This document shows positions 48,530 through 59,418 of a stretch of DNA of 59,418 bases, piece by piece. Every line of letters begins with the position of its first letter. Within the stretch, counting starts at the first letter, position 1. Below the pieces are notes generated by a model. It did no database searches, had not been told where the DNA came from, and was given only the letters and a program-made list of their open reading frames with translations. The DNA is taken from assembly GCF_004010195.1 (NCBI RefSeq), contig NC_057750.1, positions 14,033,387-14,092,804 of the forward strand, written 5' to 3'. The stretch comes from Chiloscyllium plagiosum (Eukaryota). The position numbers and the translations under genes are program-made.

Positions 48530-48860
48530 AGATTAGATTCCCTACTGCATGGAAACAGGCCATTTGGCCCAACAAGTCCACACTGATCCTCTGAAGAGAA
48601 GCCACCTAGACCCATTCCCCTATTACTCTACATTTCCTCCTGACTAATGCACCTAACGCTATGGGCAAATTAGCATGACTAATTCACCTGACCTGCACAT
48701 CTTTGGATTGTGGGAGGAAACTGGAGCATCCGAAGGAAATCCATGCAGATATGGGGAGAATGTGCAGACTCCACACAGAAAGTCACCATAGGGTGTTTTC
48801 AAATCTGGGTCCCTAGTGCTGTGAGGCAGCAGAGCTAAGCACTGAGCCACCGTGCTGCCC
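48530..48860 (-). mobile_element. HE1-type V-SINE
   Basis: Full head, V-domain and TAATC tail. Confidence 0.9.
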
Positions 48861-48905
48861 CAAGTTACAGAATTAAATAAAAAGAATGAGCAGAGTAGGA
48901 GGCCT

Positions 48906-49642
48906 TATTATGAATTTGAAGATGTGTACTGTATGTCTTAGAGAGAGTGAATGATGTTCAGAACTGTTAGCTTACAAACACATGTGTATATGACTAGATG
49001 GTAGTCCCAGAGTGTACTGGAAAATTGAAAATATATAACGTTTGGCTGTGAAATGGATACCTAGTTGATTGCTGTTTTGACAACAATTTGAATTTAACCA
49101 GTCAGTTTAAATTATGCCCCTGGATACTAAAACCCAATCGAGTTTGAATTTATTGTTTTGCCAACATCAAATCATGAGACAATCCGATGTTGGGGATATA
49201 AAAATACAATTTTGAAAATTAGAGTCAGAGCAATTGCCATCGAAAGAGACCAAGAAATTAGGAAACACTCTCTGTCAAGGGTATCTTTTCATATGAAACA
49301 TATTCACAGGAAAAAGAAAGAAGGCAACCCAGGGAGATCTTCAGCCAGACATCGAAGATGACAGCCGCTGTGTGGTGTTGAAATTGAGTGGATGTAATTT
49401 TACTAAGTATCTTATTGGAACAGCATATTGTTATAGAGTTGGAGGCAGGTAATGAGCAGTTAGAGAAAGGGGGGTTTAGAATTGTGAATAGTTGTTGTTT
49501 AATGTTCACTTTTAGAGTTAAAGAATAAATTGATATTATTTTCTTTGGAATTTGGGAGTTCTCTGCCTCTCGTATTTTAAAGATTATGAGGCAAGGTGAG
49601 TTTTTCTGGGTGTTTGGTTGAATAAATAGAAGGGTCATAACA
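48906..49642 (+). mobile_element. Probable solo LTR, about 740 bp
   Basis: TATTATGA...TCATAACA near-inverted termini, GATATAAAAA TATA-like box, AATAAA. Confidence 0.6.
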
Positions 49643-49645
49643 CTC

Positions 49646-50486
49646 TGTTATCAATATTTATGAAAGAGCGCTTCAAGCTGTATTGTACACTAAATCTAAC
49701 TGAGGACTAGGAAAGGAAGACAGGAGAGATTTTGAAGGATTTGAATAAATACATTGAACATTCTATTAGAAACACATATGAATAATGTGTGTTTAACATC
49801 AAAACTCAGTGTGTTCTAGTACTTACTTTCAGAAAGTTATTGACACATGAAGATACTCTGGCTTTAAGAGGTATGTTTTGTCATGGTTTCTTTTAAAATG
49901 AGTGATTGGGGCATAGGTGTGAGCAGTGTATGTGGCCAAACTTGTGAGACCTTGCAGTCTTTTTTTTAAAGTTGAAACATTAGAAGCAGCCTGAGTGGGT
50001 GTGATCAAACTCTCATAGGTCCAGGATTTTTTCAAGTTAGCTTTCAGCAGTTGTTGCTGAGGTCTTAGCAGGGTTGGAAGGTAGTGACTATCTCCCAGTT
50101 GCTGCATTCTCTCTGAGCTTTCTCTCCAAATTCTCTTTTAATGTTCTTTTCTACTAGATTGGAGAACTATATGTGAAACCATCTGTGTTCTGAATTTGCC
50201 TTTTGGCCAAAGGTGTGTTTATGGGATGTTATATTGGAACAGTTAATTAGTAATAGTTACTGCATCTATTATTCTGTTAAGTTTTCCATTACAGTCATTT
50301 TTACAATTCCTTCTTTTCTTTGTTGTATTTTAACTATAGAGTTGGAATAAATTGTGTTTTGCTTAATATTGAGTAGTTTGACCAATCAAATTGCATCTGG
50401 ATCACAGCACCTTATATTTACCTTTAAAGGAAGAAAAAGCTAGGGTCTAGGCTGCCTTCTGGGGGGGTTTACCCTGGTCTGTAACA
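49646..50486 (+). mobile_element. Probable solo LTR, about 840 bp
   Basis: TGTTA...TAACA termini; AATAAA near 50347. Confidence 0.6.
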
Positions 50487-50941
50487 GACATGAGCAGATG
50501 ATTTGAAGACGCCAATCATTGGCTAAAGCATATTCAAACAGCTGGGATTTTGCATTATTTTGGGAGAATAAGAGACACATATTGGGAAAAAAGGGAAGAA
50601 ATCTTTTCAGAAGAGCCAACAAGAAGATCAAGAGGAGAGAACAGGATGTAAATATTGCAGAGGAATGACAGGAAAGACAGTGAAGCATGTCCAGCATGGA
50701 GCAAGCAGTGCTCTCACTATAAGTTGAATTAGTTTGTACATGACCATAGTGTTATAAAGAAGCAAAGCAAGCTAGTAAGAGGGTCACTGGAGAGACATTG
50801 GCCAATGATTCTGAGAATCACTCTACACCAGGCAACAGGTTGGTTTTGTCAGGTCTGATACATATTTCTGGCTGTGAGAATGAAGACTGCAGAAGAAGAG
50901 CATCAAGTGTCAGATAGACACCTGTGCTTCATGCCACCTGT

Positions 50942-51270
50942 GGGCGGCACGGTGGCACAGTGGTTAGCACTGCTGCCTCATAGCGCCAGAGATCCGGGTT
51001 CAATTCCTGCCTCCGGCGACTGACTGTGTGGAGTTTGCACGTTCTCCCCGTGTCTGCGTGGGTTTCCTCCGGGTGCTCCGGTTTCCTCCCACAGTCCAAA
51101 GATGTGCAGGTCAGATGAATTGGCCATGCTAAATTGCCCGTAGTGTTAGGTAAAGGGTAAATGTAGGGGTATGGGTGGGTTGCGCTTTGGCGGGTCGGTG
51201 TGGACTTGTTGGGCCGAAGGGCCTATTTCTACACTGTAAGTAATCTAATCTAATCTAATCTAATCTAATC
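50942..51270 (+). mobile_element. Full-length young HE1-type V-SINE
   Basis: A box TGGCACAGTGG at 50953, B box GGTTCAATTCC at 50997, V-domain, (TAATC)6 tail. Confidence 0.96.
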
Positions 51271-51524
51271 ATGACCTGTGCAAAGTGGCTCAAGGTGGTG
51301 ACCCAACAGAGAAGCCCTGGAGAGTAAGGCGGAGGTTGTATGATGGCATGGTCCTCATGCAGGGAACAAACAAAGCTAAGAGCCCAATGAAAGAGCAAGA
51401 ATGAGGATGTGGACGTCAAAAAGTAGCTGTTTAGCAAAATCCACTCATCACAGCTGAAACAAGTCTAAAGTGTGCACTGGCAACACTACATGCATCAGGA
51501 GAGTTCCACAGCTCCTCCATTTGA

Positions 51525-51910
51525 TGAGGTCATAGCTGATCCGTTTGCATTTTGAATTTCACATTTTCATCTATCTTCAATGACCTTTGATTCCCCTGCT
51601 GAGCAAGAATCTATCCAGCTCTGAATTAAAAATATTCAATCATCCCATTTCTATTGCCTCCAGAGGCAGAGAGGCCTAAAATCACACAACCCTCTGAGCG
51701 AAAATAATTTTTCCAACCTCAATCCTAAAAAGGTAATCCTTAATTTTAAAACTGTACCCTATACTTCTGCACTCACTCACAAAACATCCTTCCCATGTCT
51801 ACCTTGTAAAGATCTTTCAGTACTTTATACATTTCAATCATGTCACCCATAACTCTCCTAAACTCCAGTGGAAACAAGCCCAGCCTGTCCAACATATTCT
51901 CATAACTAAC
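51525..51910 (-). mobile_element. Old CR1 LINE 3' fragment
   Basis: SYENMLDRLGLFPLEFRRVMGDMIEMYK. Confidence 0.8.
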
Positions 51911-52154
51911 TGCAAATGATTGTACATGACTTTTATGTTTGCATTTAAAATGTACAAGAGGATGTCTGGAGAAATGCATCTGAACTTGATGTACCAGCTG
52001 ACTTGCTCCAGTCATGCGATCTCTGCTAGAAATGTTTTCCTTATTTTGTGCCATTAAGCATATTACAGGAAACACTTTATAACTTTCTACTTAGACATAA
52101 GAGATTTTACCAAATGAATCTGATACTTCAGACAATGCCCTAAAAATGGGAAAT

Positions 52155-52990
52155 GTCATAGAATCATAGAGTCATGGAGACGTACAGCATGGAAACAGAC
52201 CCTTCAGCCCAACTCGTCCATGCCAACCAGATATCCCAACCTAATCTAGTCCCACCTGTCAGCATCCAGCCCATATCCCTCCAAACCCTTCCTATTCATA
52301 TACCCATCCAAATGCCTTTTAAATGTTGCAATTGTACTAGCCTCCACCAATTCATCTGGCAGCTCATTCCATACACGTACCACCCTCTGCGTAAAAAGGT
52401 TGCCCCTTAGGTCCCTTTTATATCTTTCCCCTCTTCCTTAAACCTATGCCCTCTAGTTGTGGACTCCCCCACCCGAGGGAAAGGACATTGTCTATTTATC
52501 GTATCCATGCCCCTCATGATTTTATAAACCTCTATGATGTCACTCTTCAGCCTTTGTTGCTCCAGGGAAAACAGCCCCAGTCTGTTCAACCTCTCCCTGT
52601 ATCCTGGCAACATCCTTGTAAATCTTTTCTGAACCCTTTCAAATTTCACAACATCCTTCCGATAAGAAGGAGACCAGAATTGCATGCAATGTTCCAAAAG
52701 TGGCTGAACCAATGTCCAGTATAGCTGCAACGTGACCTCCCAACTCCTATACTCAATGCTCTGACCAATGAAGGAAAGCATACCAAACACCTTCTTCTCT
52801 ATCCTATCTACTTTAGACTCTACTTTTAAGGAACTATGAACCTGCACTCAAAGGTCTCTTTGTTTAGCAACATTCCCTAAGACCTTACCATTAAGCATAT
52901 AAGTCCTGCTAAGTTTTGCATTTCCAAAATGCAGTACCTCACACTCATCTGAATTAAACTCCATCTGCTACTCCTCAACCTATTGGCAGT
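52155..52990 (-). mobile_element. 5'-truncated CR1 LINE
   Basis: QVHSSLKVESKVDR...QFWSPSYRKDVVKFERVQKRFTRMLPG. Confidence 0.93.
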
Positions 52991-54419
52991 TCTATGTTCT
53001 AAGTTTAATTAAGAAAAATTAAGATTCTAATGGTCAGTTATGAGAAAAAGGACATGCTATTGAACCTTTTCATTTTTTGTTCATGGTAAAAGTACACTGG
53101 CAGACTCATGTGAATGTGTTCAGTAAGTGACCTCCATGGTTATAAGAGAAAACTGGGTTAGGGTCTCACTCTGGGATTCAACATTTCCATTACTCGCATC
53201 ACATAGGTTCATGCCATGAGGTACATTATTTGCTAATAAGATACAAGGGGACCTGTGTGTACAGGTCTTCACTCCAGGAGGTCCTATGCTCTATTGACTT
53301 ATTTCCATCTATGCCTGTATGGCATCTTAAGATTGGGTGGAGCTTATCTGGACAGGTTGACTTAACAAAAATAATGTAGACCTTGCTTTGTGCACGAGCT
53401 GTGCAACCGTAACCTTGTAGGCCTCGCTCTGTCTAAGCATCCTATGGTCTGCATGTCCTTGTTGGCTATGATCTGCCAGCACTGCTCACAAACAAAGCTT
53501 TTCACTATACTTAGGGACATGTGACTACTCGTCTGGAGAGATACAAGAATGTCACCTTTGAAAGTGAGCAACAACATGAGAAAAGGTTAAAAGTAGACTC
53601 AGACTGAACACAAGTAGTTTCTCACGAGCCCTGATGTGAGCTACATCACCAGCTTGAGTTAGAATATATATTCATATGCTGGGATCACACATCAGATATT
53701 CATACATAAAGACCTGACCTCTTCAGGGAACAAAAACATGTTCTGGCATTGTGTCTTTTACAAATTTAATAAAAGTATGAGAGATAATGGTTCCTCAACC
53801 AATCAGAGCGTGCTTGCAAATCAACAAACACCTTTTTTTCAGCAATATTCTATTGATTCCAGTTAGTCAGTGCACTACTGCAGCCTTTATTTAATGTAAT
53901 AGAAATGCTGTTACTGAATATGGATGTGGAACATTTCAGCATAATGTCAAACTGGTCAAAAACAGGGAGAAAGAATTTCCTAATTTTCTATTGTTCTTTC
54001 ACAATAACAAGAGGACTTTGAGGAAACCCCTCCATTTCAATGGAAAACTAAATATTCTGAAAATATTATGCAAAAATTAGTCCAAGATGTTTGGCAAGAG
54101 TAAGGCCCAGTTGAATCCTGGGGCGAAAATGAATATCTGACAAGAGATTGCGAATAAGATGAGCATGTTTCAACCTGTTATAGAGGCCCATGGCTTAAAA
54201 AAAAACTTATTGCGGTCAGAAATCCAGGACCAATGAGACACTATACAGAAATATTACTTTGGACAGGGGGATACCACCATGGAAACTTTTGTTCACACAA
54301 TTCTTTATTAGAATTCCAGACCGTTGTGTTCCAGGGGAACCGATAGGAGAAGCCATAGCCAGGAATATGTTCTGCCAAAGCCCGAAAATTATGCTACAAT
54401 GCAACTTCCATTGGCAAAC

Positions 54420-56080
54420 AAACAAGTACAAAACCAGCAGAGGATGACTAAAAAAGCAGCAAGGGGGGGGGAGAAGATGAAATATGAGGGTAAGATAGCT
54501 AGTAATATAAAAGAAGATTGCAAGAGTTTTTTTTAGATATCTAAAAATTAAGGAAGAGGAAGAAGTGGACATTGGACTGCTGGAAAATGAGGCTGGAGAC
54601 GTAATAATGGGAATGAAGAAATGGCAGAGGAACGGGACAGGTACTTTTCATCAGTTTTCACAATAGAAGACACCAGCAGTATACCAGAACTTCAAAAGAG
54701 TCAGGGGGCAAAGATAAGTGTAGTGGCCATCACTAAGGAGAAGATGTTAGGGAAACTGAACTTCTGAAGGTGGATAAGTCACCCAGACCAGATGGACTGC
54801 ACCCCAGAGTTCTGAGGAGATAGATGTGGAAGTTGTGGAGGCATTGGTTGTGTTGTTCCAGGAATCACTGGAGTCAGGGAGGGCGGCAGAGGACTGGAAA
54901 ATGGCTAATGGAATACTCCTGTTTCAGAACCAATTGGGGGGGGGTGAGTGAAGACAGGGAATGATAGCTTGGTTAACCTGACCTTGATCGCTGGTAAGGT
55001 TTTACAGTCCATTACTAAGGATGAGATTGTGCAGTACTTGGAAGTGCATTGGTAAAATAGGACTGCCTCAGTGTGGCTTCATCAAAGGGAGGTCATGCCT
55101 GATAAATCTGTTAGAATTCTTTGAGGAGGTAACAAGCAAGTTAGAAAAAGGAGAGCCAGTGGATGAAATCTATTTGGATTTCCAGAAGGCCTTTGACAAG
55201 ATACTGTACAGGAGGTTGCTAAATAAGATAAGAACCCATGGTGTTAGGGGCAAGGTACTGACATGGAGAGAGGATTGGCTTACTAGCAGAAGGCAGTGAG
55301 TGGGCAAAAGGGGTCTTTATCAGGATGGCAGCCAATGATCAGTGGAGCTGTGCTGGGATCCATGTTGGAACCACAACTATTCACATTAACAATCTATACA
55401 GAGGAACTTAGGGCATTATTGCTCCATTTACAGATAACACAAAGATAAATTGAGGGACAGGTAGAGTTGAGGAAGCAGGGACGCTGCAGAAGGACTTCTA
55501 CAGGCTAGGAGAGTTGACAAAGAAGTTGGAGACGGAATAGATTACATTTTACATTACAGTGTGGAAACAGGCCCTTCAGCCCAACAAGTCCACACCGACC
55601 CGTCGAAGCGCAACCCACCCATACCCCTATATTTGCCCCTTACCTAACACTACGGGCAATTTAGCATGGCCAATTCATCTGACCTGCACATCTTTGGACA
55701 GTAGGAGGAAACTAGAGCACCCGGAGGAAACCCACGCAGACACGGGGAGAACGTGCAAACTCCACACAGTCAGTCGCCTGAGGTGGGAACTGAACCCGGG
55801 TCTACAGGCGCTGTGAGGCAACAGTGCTAACCACTGTGCCACCGTGCCGCCCACTAACCCAAAGTTACAATGTGGGAAAGTGTGATATTATCAATTTTGG
55901 TAGGAAGAGTCAAGGCATAGACTATTTTCAAAATGGAGAATTGTTTTGGAAATCTGAAGCACAAAGGACTTGGAAGTCCTAGTTCATGATTCTCTTAAGG
56001 TTAATATGCAGGTTTATTTGGCAATTCAGAAGGCAAATGCAATGTTAGCACTCATTTCAAGAGAGCCGCAATACACCAAC
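54420..56080 (+). mobile_element. Decayed CR1 LINE linker and RT, interrupted by HE1
   Basis: KYEGKIASNIKEDCKSFF; GFIKGRSCLINLLEFFEEVT...VDEIYLDFQKAFDK. Confidence 0.92.
55538..55852 (-). mobile_element. HE1-type V-SINE
   Basis: Full-length reverse complement, ending CCACTGTGCCACCGTGCCGCCC. Confidence 0.95.
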
Positions 56081-56084
56081 AACT

Positions 56085-57130
56085 GACAGATAGTGCACAA
56101 TTCCATGGATTGGGTTGAGAGGTGGTATAGGAGCGATCATTGCCCATTTCCTCAATTGTAATCAGATATATTGCCTGACAATGCCCAGTCTGAGTGGATG
56201 AAAGATAATGGCCTGGACTCTGAGTGGACTGTGCCTGTGACTGAGGGTACTGGGATCCTCTGACTAACAGCAGACCCCCTGTTGACTGGACTGAGGACTA
56301 GTCCTGTCCCACTTTCTGACATGGCGGTTCGGTTGAACGAACATGCAGTATGTTTGGTGCACAGGCAGTTGGCAGATGATTGATATCTTGATGTGCCATT
56401 CAGAAAGATGTGCCTCACCCCCACGCCTGAACCCCAATGATCCTGACAGGCAGCCTACCTGTCAGTGTTAAAGAGCACATCAGTACAGCAGCACTGACAG
56501 CATTTGGCCCTGGCTGTAACGCCAGTGCTCTGACAGGATTGGCAGACACAGCATGGGCAAGGCTTGCAGGCAACTGCTAAGTGAGTAAGTGCTAAGATAA
56601 GACCCTGAGATGCAGCGTAGTCCATTCTGTGAACTACGTGCATGTCCTTATTGCGTCGTATCCATGCAGCAGCCTTTCAACGCGAGTTGCCAGTGAGCTC
56701 TACAGTGCGAGTCTGTCTTTCAGGGAGGTGGCATGAGGATTCTGAGAGGTTGGCAAATGTTGGATTCCACTGTGGTGTGCATGGCTAGTGCCCATGGACC
56801 GTGCCCTCAGGTTCTGTTTTGAGCTGAGCAACAGGAGGGTCTTCACAACCAGCAGTAAGCTGAAGTTGTCCAGTACATGCTCTAATTTCCAATGTTGAGA
56901 ATTCTCAATGTCTTTTGATAAGACTGGAAGCTTCAAAGGAATGTGGTGAGACGTGTCATTAACAAAGCATTTAACAAGCAATAATCCTCCTTAACTAGCA
57001 ACCCACTGCTCCTAAATGAGAAACTTTCCTTGATGCCTACAATTACATAAAAGATGAACTGAATTTCTCTCAATGTTGAGATATGCCTTGCTGAACTTCT
57101 CCCACATTTCTCCCACAATTCCTGCTGTAA
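56085..57130 (-). mobile_element. Possible Harbinger-like relic
   Basis: Subterminal motif TTAACAAAGCATTTAAC resembles 38213-38232; no intact transposase seen. Confidence 0.25.
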
Positions 57131-57952
57131 TCCATGTTGTTTAGGCCCTTATAATCTTCCACCCATTGATATAGATTGTTAATCACTGAAGACCTCAGCA
57201 CTGCTCCCTGTGACACTCCATTAGTAATATCTTGCCAACCTCAGAAATTACTCGATAATTCCCACTTTCAGTTAACTAATCAATCATCTATCCGCAGATA
57301 GTTCTGGAACTAACAGTTCAAGAAGGTGGCTCACCTACAGCACCTTGAGAGTAGATGGGGATGGACAGTGAATGTCAGCCAAGTCAGTGATTCCCACATT
57401 TCAACATTTCATCAACATTTTCCAGATTTCCAGTTTTACTGTTGTGCAGGTTTTCAAACCACATGGGAAAACTAAGCTCATTATGTTGAGTCAAGGCTTA
57501 ACCTGGCCCAATAAATGTTGCTTCATAAGGGTAGAAATTGTTCCAGGACTGTTTTCAAATGTCTAATCAGCCGCATACATGCAGTCCATGCCTGAACACA
57601 GGGCACCACTAAATTAAGAAATTAGTTTCTGTGGCTCATTTGCACAATAGTCTCCCTTGATCCTCTCTCACCTTGCAGCAACTAGAATTGATTCCCTCTT
57701 GCTGGGGCTCCTGGCCTTCTTAGCTTAACAGCCACTGAAAGAGCAATTATGCAGCATTGCAAACTGTGATTAGCTGCTCTGTTTCCAACAAAAAAGGCTC
57801 AATACATTTTTCTGCACTGCTTTTGAAACCAAAACAGACATCACTGGACATCAGTGTTGATTTATGAGGAAAACCCTCATGGATTGTGCTGATGGGGCAG
57901 CATGGTAACTCAGTGATTAGCACTGATCCAGGTTTGATTCCAGACTTGGATG

Positions 57953-58452
57953 NNNNNNNNNNNNNNNNNNNNNNNNNNNNNNNNNNNNNNNNNNNNNNNN
58001 NNNNNNNNNNNNNNNNNNNNNNNNNNNNNNNNNNNNNNNNNNNNNNNNNNNNNNNNNNNNNNNNNNNNNNNNNNNNNNNNNNNNNNNNNNNNNNNNNNNN
58101 NNNNNNNNNNNNNNNNNNNNNNNNNNNNNNNNNNNNNNNNNNNNNNNNNNNNNNNNNNNNNNNNNNNNNNNNNNNNNNNNNNNNNNNNNNNNNNNNNNNN
58201 NNNNNNNNNNNNNNNNNNNNNNNNNNNNNNNNNNNNNNNNNNNNNNNNNNNNNNNNNNNNNNNNNNNNNNNNNNNNNNNNNNNNNNNNNNNNNNNNNNNN
58301 NNNNNNNNNNNNNNNNNNNNNNNNNNNNNNNNNNNNNNNNNNNNNNNNNNNNNNNNNNNNNNNNNNNNNNNNNNNNNNNNNNNNNNNNNNNNNNNNNNNN
58401 NNNNNNNNNNNNNNNNNNNNNNNNNNNNNNNNNNNNNNNNNNNNNNNNNNNN
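57953..58452. other. Assembly gap (500 N)
   Basis: Run of N. Confidence 1.
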
Positions 58453-58709
58453 CTTATTAAGTTCTCCAGCTAGTTCCTTATCTCCCATCACTAGGCTTCC
58501 AGCATCAGTTTGAAGTGGCCAATGTCTATTTTTGCCTGTCGTTTGTTTCTTATGTATTGAAAGAAAATTTTACTATCATTTCTAATATTACTAGCTAGCC
58601 TACCTTCATATTTGATCCTCTCCTTCCTTATTTCTCTCTTTGTTATCCTCTGTTTGTTTTTGTAGCCTTCCCAATCTTCTGATTTCCCAGTGCTCTTGTC
58701 CACTTTATA
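58453..58709 (-). mobile_element. CR1 LINE linker fragment
   Basis: GKSEDWEGYKNKQRITKREIRKERIKYEGRLASNIRNDSKIFFQYI. Confidence 0.88.
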
Positions 58710-58798
58710 GGAGGAAGAGAGCTTCTTCAAGGAAGGCATCCTTGCAAGAGGATTCGCAGTAGGTTAAAATCTTCGAGGAGGAGTTCCAATAGCGTAAT

Positions 58799-59418
58799 AA
58801 ACTGACCGACTCCTACAGCTACCTAGACTACACCTCCTCCCACCCTGCCCCCTGTAAAAACGCCATCCAATATTCCCAATTCCTTTGTCTCCACTGCATC
58901 TGCTCCCAAGAGGACCAGTTCCAATACCGTACAACCCAGATGGCCTACTTCTTCAAAGACCGCAATTTCCCCTCAGACGTGATCGACGATGCTCTCCACC
59001 GCATCTCCTCCACTTCCCGCTCCTCTGCCCTTGAGCCCCGCCTCTTTAATCGCCACCAAGACAGAACCCCACTGGTCCTCACCTACCACCCCACCAACCT
59101 CCATATACATCGTATCATCCGTCGTCATTTCCGCCACCTCCAAACGGACCCCACCACCAGAGATATATTTTCCTCCCCTCCCCAATCAGCATTCCGAAAA
59201 GACCACTCCCTCCGTGACTCCCTCGTCAGGTCCACACCCCCACCAACCCCACCTCCACTCCCAGCACCTTGCCCTGCAATTGCAAGAAATGCAAAACTTG
59301 CACCCACACCTCCCCCCTTACTTCCCTCCAAGGACCCAAGGGATCCTTCCATGTCCGCCACAAATTCACCTGCACCTCCATACACATCATTTACTGCATC
59401 CGCTGCACCCGATGTGGC
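58799..59418 (+). mobile_element. Penelope-like element (Neptune-type): RT thumb, linker and start of GIY-YIG; runs off the window
   Basis: TDSYSYLDYTSSHPAPCKNAIQYSQFLCLHCICSQ...PLVLTYHP...CNCKKCKTC...FTCTSIHIIYCIRCTRCG, with one frameshift near 59240. Confidence 0.92.

Noticed and set aside
50942..51015. tRNA gene (also the other A/B-box heads)
   Set aside because: Continues into the V-domain and LINE-like tail, so it is a SINE head
57886..58513. Long ORFs of 187-195 aa
   Set aside because: Artefacts of the 500-N gap

Overview
Repeat-dense eukaryotic genomic DNA, almost certainly elasmobranch (shark; HE1-type V-SINEs with (TAATC)n tails suggest a carpet shark). No host protein-coding exon could be recognised, so this is most likely an intergenic region or a large intron. 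Most of the window is decayed transposable elements: many 5'-truncated CR1 LINEs, a second CR1-group LINE family, Rex1/Babar LINE 3' ends, several tRNA-derived SINE families, Gypsy solo LTRs plus an orphan Gypsy RT fragment, probable Harbinger relics, and Penelope-like elements (PLEs) whose tails carry minimal hammerhead ribozyme (HHR) motifs. Element families were assigned by recognising motifs by eye, not by a database search. Main observations: (1) several 85-160 bp PLE-tail micro-insertions whose 5' ends fall at the HHR, with 9-41 bp target-site duplications (TSDs) and twin-priming-like inversions; (2) an SVA-like composite retroposon (AAGATGG head, 25 x 24-bp VNTR, Rex1-like tail); (3) an 89-bp inverted-repeat pair enclosing 1.6 kb; (4) a 167-bp local templated duplication; (5) a 55-nt hairpin holding a perfect double-octamer palindrome, loosely similar to miR-10. 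There are two assembly gaps (41476-41491, 57953-58452). Boundaries of old elements are approximate.
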